This document shows, one piece after another, positions 19,803-29,193 of a DNA stretch of 64,000 bases (its first letter is position 1; each line of letters begins with the position of its first letter). Source of the DNA: Bacilli bacterium (lineage in GTDB: Bacteria; Bacillota_I; Bacilli_A; RFN20; CAG-826). The position numbers and the translations under genes were made by a program. The notes beneath the pieces are model-generated. The model was not told the origin of the DNA. It searched no databases and was given only the letters and a program-made list of their open reading frames with translations. The stretch lies in the NCBI GenBank assembly GCA_024399115.1, contig JAKSHZ010000004.1, forward strand, positions 52-64,051, given 5' to 3'.

Positions 19803-19817
19803 CCATTTTGTAGGTTA

Positions 19818-20594
19818 TTAGAGGAGAATGTTTTCTTTTCTATTTACAATTACATAACCTTCGCGGTTATAAACATCTTCTCTATTGTATGTAAGAGGGG
19901 TTCCGTCTGGCTTTACAAATAAGCCTCCAGCTTCCTCCACTACACATTGACTTGCTGCTGTGTCCCACTCTTTTGTTCCTGCAGACATTCTGTAAGAAAG
20001 TTCGGCTTTACCTTCGGAGATTTGGCAAGCCTTAAGAGCAGAGCCAACTTTTTTCTTAGCAACAATTCTATCTTTCCACTTCTCTATAAGAGCAATTTCT
20101 TTTTCGTTTTCGTGGAAAACTGAACACAGAACAGTCAAATCACTTGTTTTATCATTAACATGAATCTTAGAAACGCTGTCGCCAATTTGATGGAAAGCAC
20201 CATTTCCTTTTGAAGCGAAATAGATATCTCCAGTAGCTGGTGCGATAACTACGCCGACAACTGATTCATGCTTATAACAAAGAGCAATATTTACTGTAAA
20301 TCCACCATCTTTTGCGACGAAATCTTTGGTACCATCGACTGGATCGACAATCCAAACATAGTCGTTTTCTAATCTAGATTTATCGTCTTCAGATTCTTCA
20401 GTTAAGAAAGCATATGTAGGATAACACTTATGAAGGTATTCTCTGATCAATTTATCAGCGAGTTTGTCAGCTTCTGTAACTGGTGAATTATCACTTTTAA
20501 TTTCTACATCAAAATCACGATTATAGATTTCCATAATCGGTTTGATGACAGAAAGACCTGCTTTTAAAGCGCAATCAAGTTGCTCTTCCCACAT
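19818..20594 (-). CDS. inositol monophosphatase / SuhB family phosphatase
   Basis: WIVDPVDGT motif and the EE..D metal-binding pattern; 258 aa. Confidence 0.8.
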   Translation of the reverse strand: MWEEQLDCALKAGLSVIKPIMEIYNRDFDVEIKSDNSPVTEADKLADKLIREYLHKCYPTYAFLTEESEDDKSRLENDYVWIVDPVDGTKDFVAKDGGFTVNIALCYKHESVVGVVIAPATGDIYFASKGNGAFHQIGDSVSKIHVNDKTSDLTVLCSVFHENEKEIALIEKWKDRIVAKKKVGSALKACQISEGKAELSYRMSAGTKEWDTAASQCVVEEAGGLFVKPDGTPLTYNREDVYNREGYVIVNRKENILL

Positions 20595-20597
20595 AAA

Positions 20598-21023
20598 CTA
20601 GTTATTTTCTTCTTCGTCTTCAGCTGGAGATTCTTCAGTTTTCTCAGCTTCGTTACCGTCGATGTTGAAGTTATCAGAATTTTCAGAATCTGGTTCAGTG
20701 AATGCTGCGTTGTATTCATCTTCTTCTTCTTTTTCTTCTGAGTCGATTTCATCTTCAGAATCAACGTCTGAATAAACATCTTTCATATCAATATGAACTT
20801 TATCGAATGTATGACGGACTCTTAAATCCCATTCATTTTCGCCTAAAGTAACGAATCTACCATCTAACATTAAGTTTGTGTAGAATCTTGAGATTCTTTT
20901 TGCTGCTTCTTCTGCTGTTAATTCAGCTTCTTTTGCAACATATGCCCAAATATCCTTGAAGCTTGAGCTTGTCTTTTTGCCACTTACATATTCGTAAGCG
21001 ATTTCAATTAATGAACGTTCCAT
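20598..21023 (-). CDS. rpoE: RNA polymerase delta subunit
   Basis: N-terminal HARE-HTH-like domain (IEIAYEYV...FYTNLMLDGRFVTLGENEWDLR) followed by a long Asp/Glu-rich tail. Confidence 0.7.
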   Translation of the reverse strand: MERSLIEIAYEYVSGKKTSSSFKDIWAYVAKEAELTAEEAAKRISRFYTNLMLDGRFVTLGENEWDLRVRHTFDKVHIDMKDVYSDVDSEDEIDSEEKEEEDEYNAAFTEPDSENSDNFNIDGNEAEKTEESPAEDEEENN

Positions 21024-21040
21024 GTAATATTTTCTCCTTC

Positions 21041-22666
21041 CTACATGTGTTCTGGAGCACTAACACCTAAAAGGTTAAGTGCGTTTTTAATAACAATTTT
21101 AGTAGCTTTACATAAAGCCAATCTATTACCTGATAATTGTAAATTATCACGGTCAATTACATGACAGCAATTATAGAATGAGTGTACACATTCTGCTAAT
21201 TCATGAATGTAATTAGTAATCTTGTATGGAGATTCTGTAACTCCAGCGTCCTCGACGACTTTAGGGAATTTTGCGATATTCTTTAATAATTCGATTTCAG
21301 ATTTATCAGTTAATAATGAACCTGAAACATCTAAAGAAATATCTTTGCCAGTTTCTAATACTGAGCACAATCTAGCATGCGCGTATTGTGCGTAGTAAAC
21401 AGGGTTATTTGAGGATTGTTCTTTTGCAAGATCCATGTCGAAGTCCATGTGAGCAGATGCTGCTCTCATTGCAAAGAAGTATCTCATTGCGTCAACGCCA
21501 ACTTCTTCACAGATTTCATGTAATGTGATTGCATCACCACTACGTTTTGAAGCTTTGAATTCAGCACCATCTTTGATGAATCTAACCATTTGAATTAATT
21601 CAATATGGAGAACATCTTTATCGTATCCGTGCATCATGAGCGCACTCTTCATACGATTGATATAGCCGTGATGATCTGCACCTAAGACATCAATAAGACC
21701 ATCAAATCCTCTAGACATCTTGTTAACGTGGTAACAAATATCTGGCATGAAGTATGTATAATCGCCATCACTCTTACGGATAACTCTATCTTTATCATCT
21801 AAATAATTAGTTGTCTTTAAATATAAAGCGTTATCTTTTTCATATGTGTTTTCCTTAAGGAAATCGAGTTCTTTTTCAATAGCGTTATCAGCACGAATAG
21901 CTTTCTCACTAGAGAAAACATCAAATTCAACTCTGAATGCCTTTAAGTGTTCGACGATTCTACCGAGTTCAACTTTAATACCGTATTCTTTTAAGAATGC
22001 GATTCTTTCTTTTTCGTCCATTGAAAGAATTGCGTTACCTTTTTCATTTAAAAGTTGTTTTGCAATTTCAACAACGTCTTCTCCATGATATCCATCATCT
22101 GGTAATTCAAATGGAAGACCTTGAAGTTGTAAATATCTTGCGTAAATAGATTCTGCAAGGTGAGTAATTTGCATACCTGCATCGTTAATGTAGTATTCCT
22201 TAGTAATGTCATAGCCATTGAAAGCTAAAATTCTACTAATGCAATCACCAATAGCAGCACCACGAGCAGTACCAACGTGTAATAAACCTGTTGGGTTTGC
22301 GCTAACAAATTCTACATTAATCTTTTTATTTTTCTTTGCTCCAGCACCGAAAGCATCACCTTTTTCGATGATTTCTTTAACGATTTTGCTGAGAGAGTCT
22401 TGCTTCATATAGAAGTTAATAAATCCAGGACCTGCAATCTCTACTTTTTCAATGTTTGACATATCTAAATTAGCGATAATTTTTTCTGCAGCAGCGCGAG
22501 GATTTGTTTGGAAAAGACGCGAAAATTTCATCGCACAGTTAGAAGCATAGTCACCATGTGTTGGGTCTTTACTGTGCTCAATAATGATGTCGTTTGTAGC
22601 AACTTCAAATCCTAATTCTTTAAAAGAATTTTGGATATTGAGTTTTAAACTGTCTAAAATGTCCAT
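21041..22666 (-). CDS. argS: arginine--tRNA ligase
   Basis: Class I HIGH-type motif ANPTGLLHVGTARG, a C-terminal DALR anticodon-binding region, 541 aa. Confidence 0.9.
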   Translation of the reverse strand: MDILDSLKLNIQNSFKELGFEVATNDIIIEHSKDPTHGDYASNCAMKFSRLFQTNPRAAAEKIIANLDMSNIEKVEIAGPGFINFYMKQDSLSKIVKEIIEKGDAFGAGAKKNKKINVEFVSANPTGLLHVGTARGAAIGDCISRILAFNGYDITKEYYINDAGMQITHLAESIYARYLQLQGLPFELPDDGYHGEDVVEIAKQLLNEKGNAILSMDEKERIAFLKEYGIKVELGRIVEHLKAFRVEFDVFSSEKAIRADNAIEKELDFLKENTYEKDNALYLKTTNYLDDKDRVIRKSDGDYTYFMPDICYHVNKMSRGFDGLIDVLGADHHGYINRMKSALMMHGYDKDVLHIELIQMVRFIKDGAEFKASKRSGDAITLHEICEEVGVDAMRYFFAMRAASAHMDFDMDLAKEQSSNNPVYYAQYAHARLCSVLETGKDISLDVSGSLLTDKSEIELLKNIAKFPKVVEDAGVTESPYKITNYIHELAECVHSFYNCCHVIDRDNLQLSGNRLALCKATKIVIKNALNLLGVSAPEHM

Positions 22667-23145
22667 TATTTTTCCTCCTTTTCAATAGCAATAATGCAAT
22701 CAGCCTTAACTGCTAAGCCTTGACCGACAGCATCTAAGCCTTCGTTAGTTCCAGCTTTAACTGAAACTTGTTCAATATCTGAGCCAAATATTTTTGCGAT
22801 ATTTGCTCTCATCTCATCAATGTAATTTCGTAGTTTTGGTTTTTCTAAAGAAATACTTACGTCGAGATTTCCGAGTTTGTATCCTTTTTGTCTCATTTTT
22901 TCCACTAATTCTTTTAGCAAAACAGAACTATCGATGCCTTTGTACTTAGGATCTGAATCAGGAAAGAATTTTCCTAAATCTCCTAATGCAAGAGCACCTA
23001 GAATGGCATCACCAATAGCATGGTAAACAACATCACCATCGCTATGAGCTAACTCACCTTTATCAGATGGAACAACAACTCCACCTAAAACAAGGTTTCT
23101 ACCTTCGACAAGTTTATGGATATCAGAACCAAAACCTACTCTCAT
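22666..23145 (-). CDS. ispF: 2-C-methyl-D-erythritol 2,4-cyclodiphosphate synthase
   Basis: GSDIHKL...GGV...HSDGDVVYHA...D metal-binding and substrate motifs; 159 aa. Confidence 0.85.
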   Translation of the reverse strand: MRVGFGSDIHKLVEGRNLVLGGVVVPSDKGELAHSDGDVVYHAIGDAILGALALGDLGKFFPDSDPKYKGIDSSVLLKELVEKMRQKGYKLGNLDVSISLEKPKLRNYIDEMRANIAKIFGSDIEQVSVKAGTNEGLDAVGQGLAVKADCIIAIEKEEK

Positions 23146-24260
23146 TATTTCTTTGATACGTTAAACCTAAAGAACATAATATCTCCGTCTTTAGGGAAGT
23201 ATCCCTTTCCTTCAGTTCTTAATTTTCCAGCTTCTTTGACTGCTTGTTCACTTCCGAATTCGTGAATTGAATCATAAGAGTAAACCTCAGCACAAATGAA
23301 GCCTTTTTGGAAATCTGTATGGATTACGCCAGCACATTCTGGAGCTGAGTAACCGTTTTTAAATGTCCAAGCTCTGCATTCGTCACTACCAACAGTGAAA
23401 AAAGTTGAGAGATTTAACAATTTATAAGTTGCTTTAATAACTTTGTCTAAGCCTGATTCAGTGACACCTAAATCTTCAAGATACATTTCTTTTTCTTCAT
23501 TAGAAAGTTCACTTAATTCAGCCTCAATGCCACAAGAGACAGGAATGACTTCATTGCCTTCTTTTGAAGCATATTCTTTAACTTTTTTATAGTTTTCACA
23601 GTTTTCAATATCTTTTAAATCATCTTCGCCAACATTAGCTACGTAAATAATAGATTTACTTGTTAATAAATGATAATTGTCTAAGCAGAATTGAAGTTGA
23701 TCTTGCGATAATGAAACTCTTCTTGCTGGAATGCCTTGTTCTAAAGCTTCTTTTAATGGTTTTAAAATACCCATTTCAAAAATGCATTCTTTATCATGAG
23801 CAACACGAGCTTTAACATCGCACTTTTCAATTCTCTTATTAACTGTGTCTAAATCTGCCATTACTAACTCTAAGTTGATAATTTCGATATCCCTAATTGG
23901 GTCAACACTATCCTCAACATGGATAATATCTTTGTTTTCAAAACATCTAACTACTTCAACGATTGCATCGCATTGTCTAATATGGCCTAAGAATTGGTTT
24001 CCTAAACCTTCGCCTTTACTTGCACCTTTAACTAAACCTGCGATATCAATAAATTCAACTGTTGCTGGAATAGTTCTTTCTGGTTTAAATAAATCACTTA
24101 AGAAAGTTAATCTATGATCAGGAACGTTGACGACACCAGTGTTTGGGTCAATAGTAGCAAAAGGATAATTAGCCGCTAAAATATGTGAATTTGTAATAGC
24201 GTTGAATAACGTTGACTTACCAACATTTGGAAGTCCTACAATACCTGCTTTTAATCCCAT
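23145..24260 (-). CDS. ychF: ribosome-binding ATPase YchF (Obg-family GTPase with TGS domain)
   Basis: GIVGLPNVGKSTLFNA G1 motif, and the coiled-coil plus C-terminal TGS architecture; 371 aa. Confidence 0.9.
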   Translation of the reverse strand: MGLKAGIVGLPNVGKSTLFNAITNSHILAANYPFATIDPNTGVVNVPDHRLTFLSDLFKPERTIPATVEFIDIAGLVKGASKGEGLGNQFLGHIRQCDAIVEVVRCFENKDIIHVEDSVDPIRDIEIINLELVMADLDTVNKRIEKCDVKARVAHDKECIFEMGILKPLKEALEQGIPARRVSLSQDQLQFCLDNYHLLTSKSIIYVANVGEDDLKDIENCENYKKVKEYASKEGNEVIPVSCGIEAELSELSNEEKEMYLEDLGVTESGLDKVIKATYKLLNLSTFFTVGSDECRAWTFKNGYSAPECAGVIHTDFQKGFICAEVYSYDSIHEFGSEQAVKEAGKLRTEGKGYFPKDGDIMFFRFNVSKK

Positions 24261-24317
24261 AATACCTCACTCACGCATTACATATGATACGCCTATACGC
24301 GAATAAAGCAACAAAAA

Positions 24318-27107
24318 TTATATTTTTAAGCAGTCCAATGGTTTAATTTTGGATATGTGTTTTGATGTTAATAAACTAGTGATTAAACAGATTGAAACAC
24401 ACCCTATAACCATAATAATAAAAGCAGAATACGTTATAGAAAACTCGAAAGGAAGTCCTAAAATTTGTGAAGAAAATAAGGAAATTACTGCGTTTGTCAT
24501 CGTTAATTCAAAGGATGAAATAATAAGCGCTAATGTAGATGAATAAACTGTGAATCCATACAGAAACTTTAAAGACTCTTTATTGTTAATTCCTATGCAT
24601 CTAGCTAATGCAATTTCCTTTTTAATATCTTGAATATGAATATAAGTACACGAACATAGCAAGATGAATGAGATAATCAAAGATACAGAAGATATGCATA
24701 AAACAAATATGGAAATGCTATTACATAATGTTTCTATGCTTTCATTAATATCTAAAAGTGGGTTAATAATTTCATATTGAGGAAAGGCTCGATTCAACTT
24801 GCTTATTATGAGATCAACATCACTATCATCTTCAATTGCAAAAGATATAGAATTAGGCAAAACCTCTTTTGCTTTTAATCCGGCTTCCAACAAAAAATAA
24901 TCCTCTGTCCAATGTTCATCATGATAAATGTACGCATTATCATCATTCACTACTCCGACTATTTTTAATGGTGAAAAAACGTAATCACGGTAGTAAATGC
25001 CTATATCTTTATTAATTTCTTTAGTGGCTGTTGCCATAAAAAGATATGGATTTTCATCATAATTGCCACCTAATTTTTTGAATAGTCCAGTAGATACTGC
25101 TATCTCTTTTAAAGAATCTGGTTTTCTCCCAATTGCTAGTCCTTCTAAGTTAGATGAAAACTTAATGGGATTATTAAAATGTTCAGTGAAATCCGAAAAA
25201 GAAACGCTATGCATAAGTACTTCTTTCTCATTGTTTGCAAATTCTACCGATGCATTATTTTCAATGGTTGTAAATAGATCTTCATCATTAAAAGAGAAAT
25301 ATGTTCTATTAGCAAAACCTGAAATTAATCCATTTGGATAATTAACATAACCTCTGTTGTTATAAATAATCGGATTCCTTAATGATTCGTCAATCGACTC
25401 TACATATTCGATTTCCTTTTCATGAAATCTATTTTTTGGAGAATAATAAGGTACTATCGCATCTATTGAACTTATTTCTTTACCAAAGTATTTATTAACA
25501 AATAGGTTTTTGTCACAGACTTCAAAAACATATCTTTCAAGCTCATATTTTTCTCTCATAAGTTTGATAAATTTATAGTTATCGTTTGTACTTATGTAGG
25601 ATATTTTCTCCATAACCCATGGAAATTCGTCTAATGCGTACTTTTCATTAGTAGGAAATCGCATATTTTCTTCCAAAACCACTTCATTGAATAGACTATT
25701 TGTGTGGGCAATAAATGGCTCGTTAGACAATATGAAGCCTTTAACTCTAAATATCTGTTGATCTGTATATTCCCAATCTAAATTAGCAACATCCAATACA
25801 ATGTTTATTATTTCTTCTCTAATGAAATCGCCTAAAGAATTAGCTGTTCTTTCTATTCCAAGCTCCATACAAATCTTTCTAACTTGATTAATAGTTAAGC
25901 CAACAACAATCTCATCATCTTCCAAATAATCTATGTTGTTTGGTAAAACGTTAAATTCAATGTCCTCAAGTAAAAGAAAATCGTTTATATTTCTTGCAGA
26001 CAATTCATCGAGGAATACCATTTTGTTTTTAGATTCTATATAAAAAGAATTTGAATCTTTAAAAAATTCCTCAAAATTACATCTGTAGCCAACTCCGCAT
26101 TTTAGAGGCATTAAAGAATTATATTGCCTACATAAATTAAATGTATCTTCATAAGAAACGTTTCTTAATTTAATATTTTCTGCATCTTTTAAAATCGATA
26201 CATTTGCTGTTTCAACTAATGATGCATACGACCTTTTTATATCATTTGCTATAGAATTTGAGAATGAAACTGAAAGGCCAATGCCCATTAATCCTATAGA
26301 CATAAAAAGAGTGCTAAGCATTGTTCTAATATACTTAGTTTTCATGCTTTGTTTAGCGTGATTAATTGCAAACTTAAAAGGTAAATTGTTTTTAAGTTTT
26401 TTACTATCACAATTGAGTAAAGATATGGTTTTATTGGTAGATCCAGTGAATTTTTGAATCTTTTCTATTCCTTTGTCTTTAAGATAAATTATCTCATCTG
26501 CATATTGATTAGCTAATTCCAAATCGTGCGTTACCATCAAAACAAGTCCACTATTTGAGAATTGTTTTAATATCTCAATAATTTCGATTCCAGAATTTGA
26601 ATCAAGAGACCCTGTAGGTTCATCCGCCAATATTATCTTCGGATTATTAATTAAAGCTCTACAAATGGCAACTCTTTGCTTTTCTCCTCCAGAAAGATTA
26701 TTGCATATTCTTTTGTTGTATTTATTTAGTCCGACTAATTGAAGCAGGTCATTGCACCTTCTTACTTTCTTTCTTTTAGGATAATTTGTTAATACGTCTA
26801 AAGGGAAAATAATGTTTTGTTCGACATTCTGATTTACAAACAATTTAAAATCTTGAAATACAAAACCGATATTTCTAAGTCTAAAATCAGCAGAATCATT
26901 ATCATTTAGTTCCTTTATTTCTATTCCATCAACACTAATAGATCCTTCAAAAGGGATAAATCCACTCAAAGCGTTCAAAAATGAAGATTTTCCGCACCCA
27001 GAATCGCCACAAATGCAAACTAATCCTTTTCTAGGCAACTCAAATGTAGTGTTTTCTAAGATCACACTATCGCCATAAGTAATTTTTAGATTCTTAACAT
27101 GTATCAT
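24318..27107 (-). CDS. MacB/FtsX-like fused ABC transporter: N-terminal ATPase, TM1, about 500-aa extracytoplasmic domain, C-terminal FtsX-type 3-TM bundle
   Basis: Walker A GDSGCGKSS, signature LSGGEKQR, Walker B ILADEPT. C-terminal FtsX-like helices. The ATG overlaps the upstream gene's TGA. Confidence 0.75.
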   Translation of the reverse strand: MIHVKNLKITYGDSVILENTTFELPRKGLVCICGDSGCGKSSFLNALSGFIPFEGSISVDGIEIKELNDNDSADFRLRNIGFVFQDFKLFVNQNVEQNIIFPLDVLTNYPKRKKVRRCNDLLQLVGLNKYNKRICNNLSGGEKQRVAICRALINNPKIILADEPTGSLDSNSGIEIIEILKQFSNSGLVLMVTHDLELANQYADEIIYLKDKGIEKIQKFTGSTNKTISLLNCDSKKLKNNLPFKFAINHAKQSMKTKYIRTMLSTLFMSIGLMGIGLSVSFSNSIANDIKRSYASLVETANVSILKDAENIKLRNVSYEDTFNLCRQYNSLMPLKCGVGYRCNFEEFFKDSNSFYIESKNKMVFLDELSARNINDFLLLEDIEFNVLPNNIDYLEDDEIVVGLTINQVRKICMELGIERTANSLGDFIREEIINIVLDVANLDWEYTDQQIFRVKGFILSNEPFIAHTNSLFNEVVLEENMRFPTNEKYALDEFPWVMEKISYISTNDNYKFIKLMREKYELERYVFEVCDKNLFVNKYFGKEISSIDAIVPYYSPKNRFHEKEIEYVESIDESLRNPIIYNNRGYVNYPNGLISGFANRTYFSFNDEDLFTTIENNASVEFANNEKEVLMHSVSFSDFTEHFNNPIKFSSNLEGLAIGRKPDSLKEIAVSTGLFKKLGGNYDENPYLFMATATKEINKDIGIYYRDYVFSPLKIVGVVNDDNAYIYHDEHWTEDYFLLEAGLKAKEVLPNSISFAIEDDSDVDLIISKLNRAFPQYEIINPLLDINESIETLCNSISIFVLCISSVSLIISFILLCSCTYIHIQDIKKEIALARCIGINNKESLKFLYGFTVYSSTLALIISSFELTMTNAVISLFSSQILGLPFEFSITYSAFIIMVIGCVSICLITSLLTSKHISKIKPLDCLKI

Positions 27108-29134
27108 AGATCCACAAGCTCCTTTCTAAGTGAAATTTTCTTATTTATTAAGATTGGAATAGCAGTAAATAGGTACGTTAAAAGAATGGTTGAACAAAAT
27201 ATCGCCATAGGTAACAAACCTTTAATACCTGCGAAATTTGAATATGGAATGTCAATTAATCTCGGTATATGTACCACCTTTTCTAAAATAAGGTTTATTG
27301 GATTTTGAAGAAAGAATGACGAAACTGTCGATAATAAGAACGCCAAGAAGGCTACCGTTAATGACTCTGAGGCAAATATATTAACAACTTCCAACGAATT
27401 AGCTCCTAAACAGCTTAAAATAGACGATTCCATCTTGTCGTCCACATATGAAGAATATGCAAAAATGACAATAATTAAAAAACTACCTACTAAAGAGATA
27501 ACAAGAAATATATCTAAGCCAATACTTGCTGCCGTTGTTAAAGAACTCAATGCTTCCAAGATTGACAAAGCATCGTTTTCAAGTTTTATCTCATGGCTTA
27601 AATAATTATTCAATTTTTCAATATCTTTTTTGTCTTTAAAATCTCTCAAAAATATTCTTTTAGAGTAAGAAGAAACATCGTCATTTTCCATTGAATTTAC
27701 AACAAATTTCCAAGAGATTTTTTCTCCTCTTTTTTCTGACAAATTTTCAAGAATTTTTTCCTCAAAAATTTCATCAATTTTTTTATAATCAAAATATACC
27801 TTTGGAGTCGCCAAAAAATCGAACTCGTCCGTTACTCCTATAATTTCTAATTTTTCATCCAACTCAAAGTATTCAACTACTGAATCTTCGAATTCTTTCT
27901 CATAAGATATAGCGTAATATAGCGATTCATTCCCTATCAATTCTTGAGCTTTTTTATTAATAATCACTGAATTCCAGCTATAATTTGCAGGAATATCGCT
28001 CGCTATGAGAAGGGACTTATCAAAACAGTTTTCTTCAAAAGAATATACAAAAGATTGTCGCAAATTTTCTTCAATTCTTTCTTTTTTACTGAAATTTCCA
28101 GTGCAAAAAATTGCATCAAAATTAGGCATAATTTCGAACGAAGAAAACTTAGATTTTATATCATCAATTTCTTCTTCATTTGGACACATAGTTTTTATCA
28201 AAGAAACCGAAGAATTTGTTAGGTTAGAAATCTCTTTTTGAATAACACTCGTGCCATAGTCTAAATGCCTTTCAGAAACTTCTTTGATTGCTTCATTAGA
28301 ACGTGCAGAAAATCCAAACAAAACGTAACAAAAAACAAGCGAAATTGACAAACCTACTGTGGAAACTACATTTCTTCTTATCCTCCTTAAAAAATTGCTT
28401 GTAATAATGCGCGAATCCCATCCGTTTTTATGCTTATCATTATCTCTTTGGTAGAAAATTTCGTCTTTAATCTCGCTATATGTGGTATCTTCTTCAATTT
28501 TTCCATCTGAAATTCTAATTACTCTGTCCGCATAATCTCTTGCTAGTTTTTCGTTATGGGTAACCATTAGAACTAGACGTCGTTTGCTGGCTTTCTTTAG
28601 AAGTTCCATTGTCTTTAAAGAATTGCCTTGATCTAAAGCTCCGGTAGGTTCATCGGCTAACAAAAGCCTAGGATCAGTTATTACAGATCTTAAAATAGCT
28701 ATTCTTTCCTTCTCTCCTCCAGAAAGCAATTTTACCTTTCGTCTTGCTATGTCTTCGGACATATCGAAGTATTTTAATAGTTTTACAGCATTATTTTCTG
28801 CGTTTTCGTATCTTTCTCCTCTAATAAGAAATGGAAGCATTATATTGAATAGACCCGTCTCATTTTCTAAAAGATGATAATGTTGAAAGATAAAAGCTGT
28901 GTATCTTAAAGGTTTTTTAACCTTATTTTTAAACTTATATGAAATCGTACCTGAAGTTTGTTTATCAATACTGCCTATAATATTCAACAATGTAGATTTC
29001 CCAGATCCGGATTTGCCTAATATCGCTACTAATCCAGCCTGAGGAAGATCAAGATTGATGTCATCCAGTACCTTTACTCTCTTCTTTCCGACCTTATAAG
29101 TCTTTGATAAATGCTCGATTTTTATAAATTCCAA
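27104..29134 (-). CDS. MacB/FtsX-like fused ABC transporter, a paralogue of the downstream gene; start assigned to TTG
   Basis: Walker A GKSGSGKST, LSGGEKER and LLADEPT; C-terminal FtsX-like TM region (ILSCLGANS). AAGGAGG sits 9 nt before a TTG, giving MEFIKIEHLSKTY. The track start at 29176 is itself a TTG 14 codons earlier. Confidence 0.7.
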   Translation of the reverse strand: MEFIKIEHLSKTYKVGKKRVKVLDDINLDLPQAGLVAILGKSGSGKSTLLNIIGSIDKQTSGTISYKFKNKVKKPLRYTAFIFQHYHLLENETGLFNIMLPFLIRGERYENAENNAVKLLKYFDMSEDIARRKVKLLSGGEKERIAILRSVITDPRLLLADEPTGALDQGNSLKTMELLKKASKRRLVLMVTHNEKLARDYADRVIRISDGKIEEDTTYSEIKDEIFYQRDNDKHKNGWDSRIITSNFLRRIRRNVVSTVGLSISLVFCYVLFGFSARSNEAIKEVSERHLDYGTSVIQKEISNLTNSSVSLIKTMCPNEEEIDDIKSKFSSFEIMPNFDAIFCTGNFSKKERIEENLRQSFVYSFEENCFDKSLLIASDIPANYSWNSVIINKKAQELIGNESLYYAISYEKEFEDSVVEYFELDEKLEIIGVTDEFDFLATPKVYFDYKKIDEIFEEKILENLSEKRGEKISWKFVVNSMENDDVSSYSKRIFLRDFKDKKDIEKLNNYLSHEIKLENDALSILEALSSLTTAASIGLDIFLVISLVGSFLIIVIFAYSSYVDDKMESSILSCLGANSLEVVNIFASESLTVAFLAFLLSTVSSFFLQNPINLILEKVVHIPRLIDIPYSNFAGIKGLLPMAIFCSTILLTYLFTAIPILINKKISLRKELVDL

Positions 29135-29167
29135 AATAAAAAACCTCCTTACTATATTTAAGGAGGC
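29130..29167 (-). terminator. Intrinsic terminator after fhs; its 3' stem half is the Shine-Dalgarno of the downstream ABC gene
   Basis: Minus strand reads GCCTCCTT aaatatagt AAGGAGGT TTTTTATTTTG, i.e. hairpin, U-tract, then TTG start. Confidence 0.5.
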
Positions 29168-29193
29168 ATTTTTCAAAAATTTTTCAAAAAAAG

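Noticed and set aside
20564-20779. 71-aa Lys-rich ORF on the minus strand overlapping rpoE
   Set aside because: Alternative-frame read of the acidic-tail coding region (GAA/GAT repeats read as AAA/AAG). No RBS and low complexity, so spurious.
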